A stretch of 64,000 bases of DNA from an uncultured virus (IMG/VR IMGVR_UViG_3300010429_001166). Taxonomy: Duplodnaviria; Heunggongvirae; Uroviricota; Caudoviricetes. Shown here piece by piece: positions 9,922-17,819 of the stretch. The stretch is from IMG/VR virus record IMGVR_UViG_3300010429_001166. One strand, 5' to 3'. Each line of letters opens with the position of its first letter. Positions within the stretch are counted from its first letter, which is position 1. A model generated the notes under the pieces. It did no database searches. It saw only the letters and a program-made list of their open reading frames with translations, and had not been told where the DNA came from. Made by a program: the position numbers and the translations under genes.

Positions 9922-10202
9922 TCGAATATCCTGTTGTACGTGTGTCGCCATGTCGTCAGGTCGTACCTCTTTGGCGAATCGCCAAGTTTCTCAAGCTCCT
10001 TGTTGATCCGTTCCAAGCCCCACACGTAGTGCTGTATCTCTATTTCAATCAGCGCGTACGACGAAGGGCTCGTGTGTGGAGACACCAGTGTTTTTGCAGC
10101 GTAAGAAACGAGTTCATGCAACCTGTGTTGTGCGTGAACAAGTGAAGTCGGGTCTTTCAGTATCGGGCGTAGGCAAAACCTGTGCTCGTCATCTGTGGCC
10201 AT
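9918..10202 (-). CDS. Hypothetical protein
   Basis: 94-aa ORF in the operon. Confidence 0.5.
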   Translation of the reverse strand: MATDDEHRFCLRPILKDPTSLVHAQHRLHELVSYAAKTLVSPHTSPSSYALIEIEIQHYVWGLERINKELEKLGDSPKRYDLTTWRHTYNRIFE

Positions 10203-10407
10203 TGATCGCCTTGTTCACCCGCTCCGCGAGATAGTTGAACATGTCAGCGTTGCTGAGTGCTGCCAGTGCGTTGATACTGGCAACAAGCCACCCCATCGTG
10301 GCCGAATAGTTCTCGCTTGCGAGATTCATCAGCGCCAGCAGGATGGCGATGCAAAAGCAAATCTTGGTAAACAGTGTGCCCATCAGCGTGATCTTCAGTT
10401 CTGCCAT
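10189..10407 (-). CDS. Small two-TM membrane protein
   Basis: Two hydrophobic segments. Confidence 0.55.
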   Translation of the reverse strand: MAELKITLMGTLFTKICFCIAILLALMNLASENYSATMGWLVASINALAALSNADMFNYLAERVNKAINGHR

Positions 10408-10670
10408 TTTTTCCACGGTATTCCCTCCTCGTACTCGCGCAATAGGCGTGTGTAGGCTTCCATCCGCATCAGCGCCCGCGCATCGCCTGAGTTGATTATT
10501 TTTTTAAGCGCAGCGTTGCGGTGCGCGGCTAGCCAATCGATGTCGTCCACGTCGGCGTGGGGGCACAGCGCTACCGCACGAAAGTAAATCTCGTCAACTG
10601 TGAAGCACTGACTGGTTGCCGTGTTCTCCGGGTCAAAGTCCGGGCGCACATCAATCGTTGTATGCGCCAC
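10395..10670 (-). CDS. Hypothetical protein
   Basis: 91-aa ORF. Confidence 0.45.
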   Translation of the reverse strand: MAHTTIDVRPDFDPENTATSQCFTVDEIYFRAVALCPHADVDDIDWLAAHRNAALKKIINSGDARALMRMEAYTRLLREYEEGIPWKKWQN

Positions 10671-10848
10671 GATATGCAGGGAGAATGAGCGGCGCGTCGG
10701 CGTCGGGAGTGTTGGTGAAGACGTTCAGCAGTTCTTTCACGCGACGCCGTTCTGCTCTTTCCTCCAACCGCATGAAGTAGTGACCGGTCGCGGTGTGCTT
10801 GCCGCGCTTGCACGCGCGGCAGCTACAGGACTTCGGGGTGCCTTTCAT
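10651..10848 (-). CDS. Small Cys-rich basic protein
   Basis: CSCRAC motif. Confidence 0.55.
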   Translation of the reverse strand: MKGTPKSCSCRACKRGKHTATGHYFMRLEERAERRRVKELLNVFTNTPDADAPLILPAYRGAYND

Positions 10849-11233
10849 CGATACCCTTTCTTTCGATGTGTGCGTTGATGAAGCGTAGGACGCGCAGGAT
10901 GAAGCGCGGGTACTGATAGCCTTTGGTCAACAGCAGTGCGCACATCTGTTGCGCGTACAACAGGTCTTTATCGGTCATGCTGTCCGGCAGTGGAGGGTAC
11001 TTGCGCAGCAGGTACAGCACTATTGCTGCGCGCACGCCGGGGTTGCGCGGCTTGATGAGCCACCTTTTGCCCTCCAGCATGTACTCCAGATTCGTCTTGA
11101 GGCTGCCGAACAGCGTGGGATGTACGTTCGGCTCCGTGCGATTTTGTTTCCAGCGCAGTCGCCCCTTCCAGAATTCGTTACTGTCTGTAACGAAACTTTT
11201 CTTTGCTGTCGTGTGTTGTTGAATGAAGCTCAT
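10823..11233 (-). CDS. Hypothetical protein
   Basis: ORF containing palindromic site 2. Confidence 0.55.
   Translation of the reverse strand: MSFIQQHTTAKKSFVTDSNEFWKGRLRWKQNRTEPNVHPTLFGSLKTNLEYMLEGKRWLIKPRNPGVRAAIVLYLLRKYPPLPDSMTDKDLLYAQQMCALLLTKGYQYPRFILRVLRFINAHIERKGIDERHPEVL
11174..11194. promoter_or_regulatory. Palindromic operator-like site 2
   Basis: TTCGTTAC-TGTCT-GTAACGAA. Confidence 0.7.
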
Positions 11234-11294
11234 GGCAATCAACAAAATGACATGGCTTTCACTACGGTGGGCTCTCTCTTTGCTTTCTTCATTG

Positions 11295-12635
11295 TCACTC
11301 CTCCTCTGAAAAGATAGTGCTTGCGCGCAGCGCAGGTGGCGGCTGCGGGTTGAGCGTGTTGAACGCGGTCAGGTTCAAGTGTCGTTGTTGAGGCGTGCGT
11401 TTGTCGTACTTGGGGAACATCTGCATCCGCCCACGCAGCTTCTCCGGTAGTGCTGCGAACATATCGCGCAGTTCCTCGCGCAAGAGCGGAGGGACAAGCA
11501 GCGACCAGCGCGTGACTGGCGTGATGGTGCCCGGTGGGTCTGCCCAAGGGGCAGTCCACTCCAGCGGGTGTTGTTGCGTGATGATGGCTGCGTCGATGTT
11601 GCGCAGTGCGATTTCCCCTGCCTTGATGCGTGCCATGTGGAACATCTCCATGGTGAACTTGTTGCCGGTGTTCTCCTCGGTGTAGATGCCCTCGGGTGTA
11701 CGCACCTTGAAGGCGATTTTCCTGCCGTTCACCCGGTCGCGTGTGCGGTTGCGCACGTTCGATTTGCTCGCCTTGAGCGTGTGCTCGATGGAGTAGCGCA
11801 AGGGCTCCCATGCAGCGGCGCAGAGGACTTCGCCACGTGTCGCGGTGGCGTTTGCAAGAGGCAGTATCTCGCCTGTCTCCGGGTCAGTTGTCGTTGCCTT
11901 GTTGTTGAAGCTGTCCGCGCGTGGCGTGCGCCATGCAGGCAGTCCTGTGAAGGGCCGTCCGCGCGTCGTGGGGCGCACGGAGTTCACTTCGGCAGCGATG
12001 TTGTTCAGCGCGTGCACATCTGCGATGGGGATGTAAGCCCGCCAGTGCATCCGTGACGCATCGACGCGCATGATGGGGTTGTCGAGGTCGGCCAGTCGAG
12101 CGTCGCGTGCACGTGCGAAGATGCGCCGTCGCAGGGAGTAAAGAGAGTAGAGGTAGCAGGCGTACTCGGCGGTTCTGTCTGTTGGGGTGCTGCGTTGCGG
12201 GTTCTTCGGGTGGAAGGGCCAGATGTCGGGGTAGAGCCGTTCAGCCTGTGTGCGCGCTGCGCGCAGCAGTTCTGACAGAGCCTCAAGGGCGGGGTCGGTT
12301 CCGCTGATCAGGTTCGTTACAGGTGGTAACGAACCCGGAGGGACTTCGGCCTGCAAGGTGTTGCGTAAATGGGCGTAGGCAGTGCGCTTCGCCTCGGATA
12401 CCCTTACCCGCTCCGCCTTGGCGGCGGCTTTGCGTCTGCACGCGCGGCAAGGGCGTGTGGGGTCGATCAATAGCTTTCGCCATTCAATACCCTTCCGCTC
12501 CGCGATTGCGAATAAGCAGAAATGCGAGCCGGGGAATGTGCGGTTGCAATTTGGGCACGTGAAGCTACGCGCCTTATTCGCAACGGTTGGCGCGAGTACA
12601 TCAGGCGAGAGAGACGTGGTTTTTACGGTTTTCAT
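11295..12635 (-). CDS. Hypothetical 446-aa basic protein with N-terminal Zn-finger-like Cys motifs
   Basis: CPNC...HFC...CRAC; directly downstream of the inverted-repeat element. Confidence 0.7.
   Translation of the reverse strand: MKTVKTTSLSPDVLAPTVANKARSFTCPNCNRTFPGSHFCLFAIAERKGIEWRKLLIDPTRPCRACRRKAAAKAERVRVSEAKRTAYAHLRNTLQAEVPPGSLPPVTNLISGTDPALEALSELLRAARTQAERLYPDIWPFHPKNPQRSTPTDRTAEYACYLYSLYSLRRRIFARARDARLADLDNPIMRVDASRMHWRAYIPIADVHALNNIAAEVNSVRPTTRGRPFTGLPAWRTPRADSFNNKATTTDPETGEILPLANATATRGEVLCAAAWEPLRYSIEHTLKASKSNVRNRTRDRVNGRKIAFKVRTPEGIYTEENTGNKFTMEMFHMARIKAGEIALRNIDAAIITQQHPLEWTAPWADPPGTITPVTRWSLLVPPLLREELRDMFAALPEKLRGRMQMFPKYDKRTPQQRHLNLTAFNTLNPQPPPALRASTIFSEEE
12311..12335. promoter_or_regulatory. 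Palindromic operator-like site 3
   Basis: GGTTCGTTAC-AGGTG-GTAACGAACC (10-bp arms). Confidence 0.7.
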
Positions 12636-12642
12636 GGGTTGT

Positions 12643-12917
12643 GCCGGATAACTTCCGAGTAGACAGGCGGATTGATGGACATAGAAACTGCCATCGGATC
12701 AGTATGTTATAGCGGTGGCCAGAAGTCCAACCGGATTCTACTCTTTCCAGACGATTTTCGTTGCATCCACCCCTGTCACGGACTCCTAAATAGCAACGAA
12801 GTAAGGTCTAAACAGAGTCAAACCCGGCCGGACAATCCGGCCATCTAAGTAAGTAATTGTATTGTATAGAATATTATATGGCCGGATGTTCGCCTGTCCG
12901 CCCGGAAGTTATCCGGC
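12643..12917. repeat. Nested inverted-repeat element with AT-rich core (candidate origin)
   Basis: GCCGGATAACTTCCG (12643-12657) / CGGAAGTTATCCGGC (12903-12917); inner ATCCGGCCAT/ATGGCCGGAT flanking an AT-rich 33-mer. Confidence 0.7.
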
Positions 12918-12923
12918 TCTCGT

Positions 12924-13208
12924 CTAGTGCTGCAAACGCACCGTCAGCGCCTCGCGCACGGACGTTTCGAAGGCGCGGTGCGCCGCGATTCCCGGGTTCA
13001 GTTCGACATACAGCGCGTTGCTGCCCCAGTAGAACGGCGCGTTGATGCCCGTGGCTGCGCCCAACAAGATCGGCGCGATTTCGGTCTGCTTCACGGTGGG
13101 CGCAGACAGGTCGATAACGAGGATGCGGTTGGTGTTGTTCTGCGCGTTGATCTTGTTGTTCTTCGCGCGCACGTTGTGCAGATGCAGGGCTTCGTTGAAT
13201 TGGTTCAT
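12924..13208 (-). CDS. Hypothetical early protein
   Basis: AGAGGAG RBS; 94 aa. Confidence 0.65.
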   Translation of the reverse strand: MNQFNEALHLHNVRAKNNKINAQNNTNRILVIDLSAPTVKQTEIAPILLGAATGINAPFYWGSNALYVELNPGIAAHRAFETSVREALTVRLQH

Positions 13209-13247
13209 TGCTTGCTCCTCTGGTTGGTGCCCGCGCTGGTGCGCGGG

Positions 13248-13268
13248 TTGGTTACAGCGTGTAACGAA
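13248..13268. promoter_or_regulatory. Palindromic operator-like site 4 (intergenic)
   Basis: TTGGTTAC-AGCGT-GTAACGAA flanked by GC hairpins. Confidence 0.75.
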
Positions 13269-13317
13269 AGCGGGCCGCGAATGCGGCCCTTGATGCGCTT
13301 GATACCCTCACTTTTGG

Positions 13318-13542
13318 CTAGCGCAGCCCTTGGTAGGCGGCGCAGGGGTCGAAGTGCGCGAAGAACGCACGACGCGCCGCGATGGTGCAGCCAGTCCACA
13401 GTGCGTTGACCGTATCGAGGCTGATGTCGTGCGTGCTGCGCTCCTCGGCGGCGATCTGCACCGAGCGGACAAAGTATTGGCGCTGCCGCGCGTCGAGCGC
13501 AGGCGGGGTGGTTTCGAAGGGCAGAGTGGTGCTGGTCTTCAT
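13318..13542 (-). CDS. Hypothetical early protein
   Basis: MKTSTT start after GGAG. Confidence 0.55.
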   Translation of the reverse strand: MKTSTTLPFETTPPALDARQRQYFVRSVQIAAEERSTHDISLDTVNALWTGCTIAARRAFFAHFDPCAAYQGLR

Positions 13543-13593
13543 TTCGTGTGCTCCAGATGTGACGAGGGCCGCGCAGTTGCGCGGCCCTCTGGG

Positions 13594-13614
13594 TTGGTTA
13601 CGGGGTGTAACGAA
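13594..13614. promoter_or_regulatory. Palindromic operator-like site 5 (intergenic)
   Basis: TTGGTTAC-GGGGT-GTAACGAA next to the hairpin GAGGGCCGCGC/GCGCGGCCCTC. Confidence 0.75.
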
Positions 13615-13618
13615 CTGA

Positions 13619-14011
13619 CTAGCGCAGCGCTTCCGCACGCTTGAGCGCCCTTTGCGCTTGCGTCGGCGTCAGCCGTGCCAGCATCTTCGCGGCGCGCTCC
13701 ACCGGGTCAACGTGCTGCGCAGCGACCTTTTTCTCGTTGACGAGCAGGATGTCGCGTGCCCGCTTGAGCGCCTGTCCCGGCGCGGTGCTGCCGCTGCCCA
13801 GCGTGAATCCGGACAGGACGCCGCGCTTGCTCTCGTGCGGTTCCACTTCGTACCGCTTCGCCAGCGCCATCACAACGGCGCGGTCGGCTTCGATCTTCTG
13901 CGCCCGGTTCATCTTCGGGGCGTTCTCCAGCAGCCAAGCCTTGGCCAGCATGCCGGTGGCGGTGACGTTCGCGTAGTCGATCAGGCGGTTCGTGAATGAG
14001 TAGCGTGCCAT
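13619..14011 (-). CDS. Hypothetical early protein
   Basis: 130 aa; AGAGGA RBS. Confidence 0.65.
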   Translation of the reverse strand: MARYSFTNRLIDYANVTATGMLAKAWLLENAPKMNRAQKIEADRAVVMALAKRYEVEPHESKRGVLSGFTLGSGSTAPGQALKRARDILLVNEKKVAAQHVDPVERAAKMLARLTPTQAQRALKRAEALR

Positions 14012-14041
14012 GATGTGTGTGATCCTCTGAGTGTGTTGGGT

Positions 14042-14062
14042 TTGGTTACGGGGTGTAACGAA
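14042..14062. promoter_or_regulatory. Palindromic operator-like site 6 (intergenic)
   Basis: TTGGTTAC-GGGGT-GTAACGAA. Confidence 0.75.
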
Positions 14063-14269
14063 CTACTGCGCCGAGTGGCGCAGGACAACCGGCTGCGGGT
14101 TCGCAGCGTCGAACACGGGCTTGCCATCGAGGTAAACGCTGGCCGGGATGCGGCTGAACTGCGTGACGTTGATGGCGAAGTTCAGCGCGCTTTCCATCGA
14201 GCGGTACGGCGCAGTCAGCAGCAGGTTCTTGTTGCAGCCGAAGTAGTGGACAACAGGTTGCGACTTCAT
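14063..14269 (-). CDS. First early gene, hypothetical
   Basis: AGGAGAG RBS; immediately downstream of the leftward promoter. Confidence 0.65.
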   Translation of the reverse strand: MKSQPVVHYFGCNKNLLLTAPYRSMESALNFAINVTQFSRIPASVYLDGKPVFDAANPQPVVLRHSAQ

Positions 14270-14315
14270 TTGCTCTCTCCTAGAAGGTCAGGGCCAATCC
14301 CCAACCGACACCTAC

Positions 14316-14324
14316 ATTATAGCA
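14316..14324 (-). promoter_or_regulatory. Extended -10 early promoter
   Basis: Minus strand TG-C-TATAAT about 46 nt upstream of the first early gene. Confidence 0.7.
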
Positions 14325-14452
14325 CGACGTTGTGGAGACTTATTTACAGGGGGTGGCGGAGGGGTACGGGATGGCACCCCCCAAGAAGCAGAGTAGGAGT
14401 CCCGCAGCAGAGAACACCATTCCCCACTTGCAGCTAGTAGAAAATACGACTG

Positions 14453-14495
14453 TGTAAAGTTTTTTACAATGTAAAGTTTTTTACAATGTAAAGTT
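14453..14495. repeat. Tandem 17-bp repeat (2.5 copies), each unit palindromic
   Basis: TGTAAAGTTTTTTACAA x2 + TGTAAAGTT; TGTAAA-N4-TTTACA. Confidence 0.85.
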
Positions 14496-14732
14496 CTTAT
14501 CACATACCCCCACCCACTACAAAAAAAGCCCCGTTTGCCATACCTCAAAACCGCCATTTGACAAACGTGGATAAGAGCCCGAAACTCCGCCGCGATGAAG
14601 ATTGAGTTCAACTTCAATTTCCACGGTGTGGAGGGGCACCCCATCCAACCACCGTGCAAACCGCGCCCGCCTGTCAAGGCAGCGCTTCGTTTCTACACAG
14701 GCCCGCAGTCTTTTTTCGAAGGAATCGATTTA

Positions 14733-15044
14733 ATGGCACGCCTGACTATCGAAGAAAAGTTCACCAACGTCACGGTCAACCCGAAGACCGCCAAGGGCAA
14801 CCCCGCACCCATCGATGGCTCTGTTGTCTGGACTTCCAGCGACGACGCCGTTGCCACAGTCATCTCCACCGGCCCCACCACGGCGGAAGTGGTCGCCATC
14901 GCTCCGGGTGTCGTACAGATCACGGCGGTGTTCGACGCCGACATGGACGAGGGCGAGACGCGTGAAGTCACCGCCTCCGGTGCCGTCGAGGTTGTGGCTG
15001 CCGAAGCGCAGACCGGCGAAATCGTCTTTGGCGACCCTCAGTAA
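14733..15044 (+). CDS. Ig-like (Big_2-like) domain protein; could start at 14595
   Basis: VVWTSSDDAVATV...V-AIAPG--QITA motif. Confidence 0.7.
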   Translation: MARLTIEEKFTNVTVNPKTAKGNPAPIDGSVVWTSSDDAVATVISTGPTTAEVVAIAPGVVQITAVFDADMDEGETREVTASGAVEVVAAEAQTGEIVFGDPQ

Positions 15045-15200
15045 ACCCTGACAAACAAAGACCGTCTCGGTCCCCGAATCCGAGCGGCACTGTCATGGGT
15101 AGCTGGGCGAGAGCCCAGCTTCTGGGCTCTGCGGTTGGCACCGCAGTGGGAAAATCTGGGGCGGAGTAGGCTTCCTACTCCGCCGCCTGTTCAGTTTTGA

Positions 15201-15229
15201 TTGACCCACGCGCTCGCGCGGGTTACATT
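15201..15229 (+). promoter_or_regulatory. Sigma70-like promoter
   Basis: TTGACC-17 nt-TACATT. Confidence 0.7.
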
Positions 15230-15235
15230 CTCTGC

Positions 15236-15349
15236 GCCACGCAGCGGTTGGCGACTCTATCGCCTGTCGCCCTTTCCGCCCCTGCGAGGCTCCTCTGAGT
15301 CTCCCAAGACTCTTGGGGGCGAGCGCCAATCGCTCGCCCTCTTTTTTTT
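15236..15349 (+). ncRNA. Candidate ~115-nt small RNA or late-operon leader
   Basis: Lies between the promoter and an intrinsic terminator; long imperfect hairpin plus a second small hairpin. Confidence 0.55.
15315..15349 (+). terminator. Rho-independent terminator
   Basis: GGGGGCGAGCG-CCAAT-CGCTCGCCCTC followed by T8. Confidence 0.85.
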
Positions 15350-15425
15350 CTCAACCTCTTGTGCTTTAATCTGGCCCCATTCGCCACACTGGCGCAAGGG
15401 GCGTGCCCGCGAGGGCACTGGTGTC

Positions 15426-16004
15426 ATGGATTTTCTGGCAGACAAGCCGCTGTTTCTGCGGGACATAGCGGTGAAAGACTTGCTGGATGCCAAGATACAC
15501 ACGGCAGACTTTCTCATTGCGCACGGCCTCGCGCCGGAGAGCGATGAGGAAATCGAGAAAGAAGCTGCACGCAGCGTCTTTTCGGCCCTTACAGGGCCGA
15601 ACACAGACACAAAAACCCAACGGCAAGCCGTAGCCCTTCTGGAAACTCCAGAGGCAGTCCGTCAGTTGGTCACGATGCTCACGGCCTACGATTGGCAGTT
15701 CATTACGCAGGCCAATCAAATCAGGTCATACGTCGTCGCACGACTGCTTGAAGAATGCGACCACCCCGATTCGCGGGTAGCGCTCAAAGCCCTTGAACTG
15801 ACGGGGAAGATCAGCGAAATCGGTCTGTTCGAAGAGCGCGTGAACGTGAAACGCACCGACATGACCGACAGCGAGCTTGACGAGAAAATACGCGCAAGAA
15901 TGGAGCGCATCCGCGCCCTCGAAAAACCGACAGAGCCGCCCATCGAGGCTGCCTTCACAGAAAAACAAGGGGAATCGGGAGAACAGGCGGTGCACGCCAG
16001 TTGA
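15426..16004 (+). CDS. terS: Terminase small subunit (putative)
   Basis: Position before terL; LKALELTGK...IGLF-ER C-terminal motif. Confidence 0.75.
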   Translation: MDFLADKPLFLRDIAVKDLLDAKIHTADFLIAHGLAPESDEEIEKEAARSVFSALTGPNTDTKTQRQAVALLETPEAVRQLVTMLTAYDWQFITQANQIRSYVVARLLEECDHPDSRVALKALELTGKISEIGLFEERVNVKRTDMTDSELDEKIRARMERIRALEKPTEPPIEAAFTEKQGESGEQAVHAS

Positions 16005-17539
16005 ACCTCCACGACTTACCACCCCCCGAAGTTCTTGCACGGCTACCCCGTGCGGAAAAAGAAGAACTGCTGGCCTTGCTGGAACAGCAAGAGACACGCC
16101 TCGCGCGCACTGCTGCACGCACACGCTTCCTGCCCTTCGCGCACACCATCTATCCGGGGTTCAAGGAAGGCCCGCAGCACCGCGTCTTCGCCTCCACGTT
16201 CGAACGCATCATCAAGGGCGAGAGCAAGCGCGTCATCATCAACATCGCCCCACGGCATTCGAAGTCAGAATCAACGTCGTACCTCCTCCCCGCCTTCTAT
16301 CTCGGCCACTTCCCCGATCACAAGATCATCATGGCGTCGCACACTGCGAGCCTTGCTGAAGACTTCGGGCGACGCGTACGGAACCTGATTCAAAACCCGG
16401 ACTACCACGAGATATTCGAACGCACAGAAGTGGCGTCCGATCAGAAAGCATCGGGCAAGTGGTCAACCGCTGCCGGTGGTCAGTATTACGCCGTGGGCGT
16501 CGGTGGTGCGCTTGCTGGTCGCGGTGCGGACTTGCTGATCATCGATGACCCGCATTCGGAACAGGCAGTTCGAACTGATAGTAAAGGCACCTTTGAGAGT
16601 TGCTGGGCGTGGTTTCAAACTGGGCCACTGCAGCGTTTGATGCCATCGGGACGCATACTCGTTGTAATGACTCGATGGGGTGTGGCGGATTTAACTGGAC
16701 GCTTGCTTCAGCAAGCCGCCAACGGCGGTGAAGAGTGGGAAGTCATCGAGCTTCCGGCAATCATGCCCTCTGGCAAGTCGCTGTGGCCAGAGATGTGGCC
16801 GGTGGAAGAGTTGATCGCCAAGCGCGACAACATGGACCCGCGCTACTGGTCATCGCAGTACATGCAGAACCCGACTTCCGAGGAAGGCGCGCTCATCAAG
16901 CGCGAGTGGTGGCAGGTGTGGCCTGAGAGCAAGCCACCCAAATGCTCCTTCGTCATCCAGTCATGGGACACCGCGTACACGGAGAAGGAGACAGCCGACT
17001 ACTCCGCGTGCACTACATGGGGCGTGTTTGAACACAACGACCCGGCGTTGCCAGAGCCCGTCAACCACATCATGCTGCTCGATGCGTTCCGCGACCGCAT
17101 GGGCTTCCCTGAACTGAAAAGTGTGGCCAAGAAGCACTACGAGAAGTGGAAGCCGGACGCATTCATCGTTGAGGCGAAGGCATCGGGTCTGCCGCTCATC
17201 TACGAGCTTCGTGGCATGGGCATACCAGTGCAGGAGTATTCGCCATCACGCGGCAAGGCGGGCGTCAGCAATGACAAGACAGCGCGCGTCAACAGCATCA
17301 CTGACCTCTTCGCCTCCAAGTTCGTGTGGCGACCCGACACCGTGTGGGCCAAGGAGGTTGCGGAAGAGTGCGCAGCCTTCCCTAACGGCAAGAACGACGA
17401 TTACGTGGACACGACAGTGATGGCCATGCAACGCTTCCGGCGTGGCGGCTTCATCCGCCTGCCATCCGACTACAAAGACAACACCATCGCGCCCTTCCGG
17501 CGCAAGCGCGGCTACTACGGTTGGGCTGCATCGCGGTAA
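16001..17539 (+). CDS. terL: Terminase large subunit
   Basis: INIAPRHSKS Walker A variant, GRGADLLIIDDP Walker B, QSWDTA and FPNGKNDDYVD nuclease motifs; TTG start. Confidence 0.95.
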   Translation: MNLHDLPPPEVLARLPRAEKEELLALLEQQETRLARTAARTRFLPFAHTIYPGFKEGPQHRVFASTFERIIKGESKRVIINIAPRHSKSESTSYLLPAFYLGHFPDHKIIMASHTASLAEDFGRRVRNLIQNPDYHEIFERTEVASDQKASGKWSTAAGGQYYAVGVGGALAGRGADLLIIDDPHSEQAVRTDSKGTFESCWAWFQTGPLQRLMPSGRILVVMTRWGVADLTGRLLQQAANGGEEWEVIELPAIMPSGKSLWPEMWPVEELIAKRDNMDPRYWSSQYMQNPTSEEGALIKREWWQVWPESKPPKCSFVIQSWDTAYTEKETADYSACTTWGVFEHNDPALPEPVNHIMLLDAFRDRMGFPELKSVAKKHYEKWKPDAFIVEAKASGLPLIYELRGMGIPVQEYSPSRGKAGVSNDKTARVNSITDLFASKFVWRPDTVWAKEVAEECAAFPNGKNDDYVDTTVMAMQRFRRGGFIRLPSDYKDNTIAPFRRKRGYYGWAASR

Positions 17540-17561
17540 CACCGCGACAAGGAGAGACGGA

Positions 17562-17819
17562 ATGAGCGTGGAGAAGGTTCAGTACAACGGCACTAACAGC
17601 GCGGGGCGCAACGTGCACAAGGTGCACACCAACAAGTGGCGACGCTGGACGCCTGCGGCGCGCTGCGTGTTCAACACGCTCTACAGCACGATGAAAGACA
17701 ACCAGTGGGTCTTCCTGCACCCCAAGCAGGAGGCTCTGACCGCGCAGAAATGGCGAACGGTTGCATGGAACGCGGCATGGATCGCCGCAGACGAAGCGAG
17801 CGAGCACAACCATGGATAA
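17562..17819 (+). CDS. Hypothetical protein inserted between terL and portal
   Basis: AAGGAGAG RBS; Trp-rich (AWNAAWIAAD). Confidence 0.65.
   Translation: MSVEKVQYNGTNSAGRNVHKVHTNKWRRWTPAARCVFNTLYSTMKDNQWVFLHPKQEALTAQKWRTVAWNAAWIAADEASEHNHG

Noticed and set aside
9259..14062. CRISPR array from the repeated palindrome
   Set aside because: Copies are 350-1900 bp apart with genes between them, the central 5 nt vary, and there are no cas genes.
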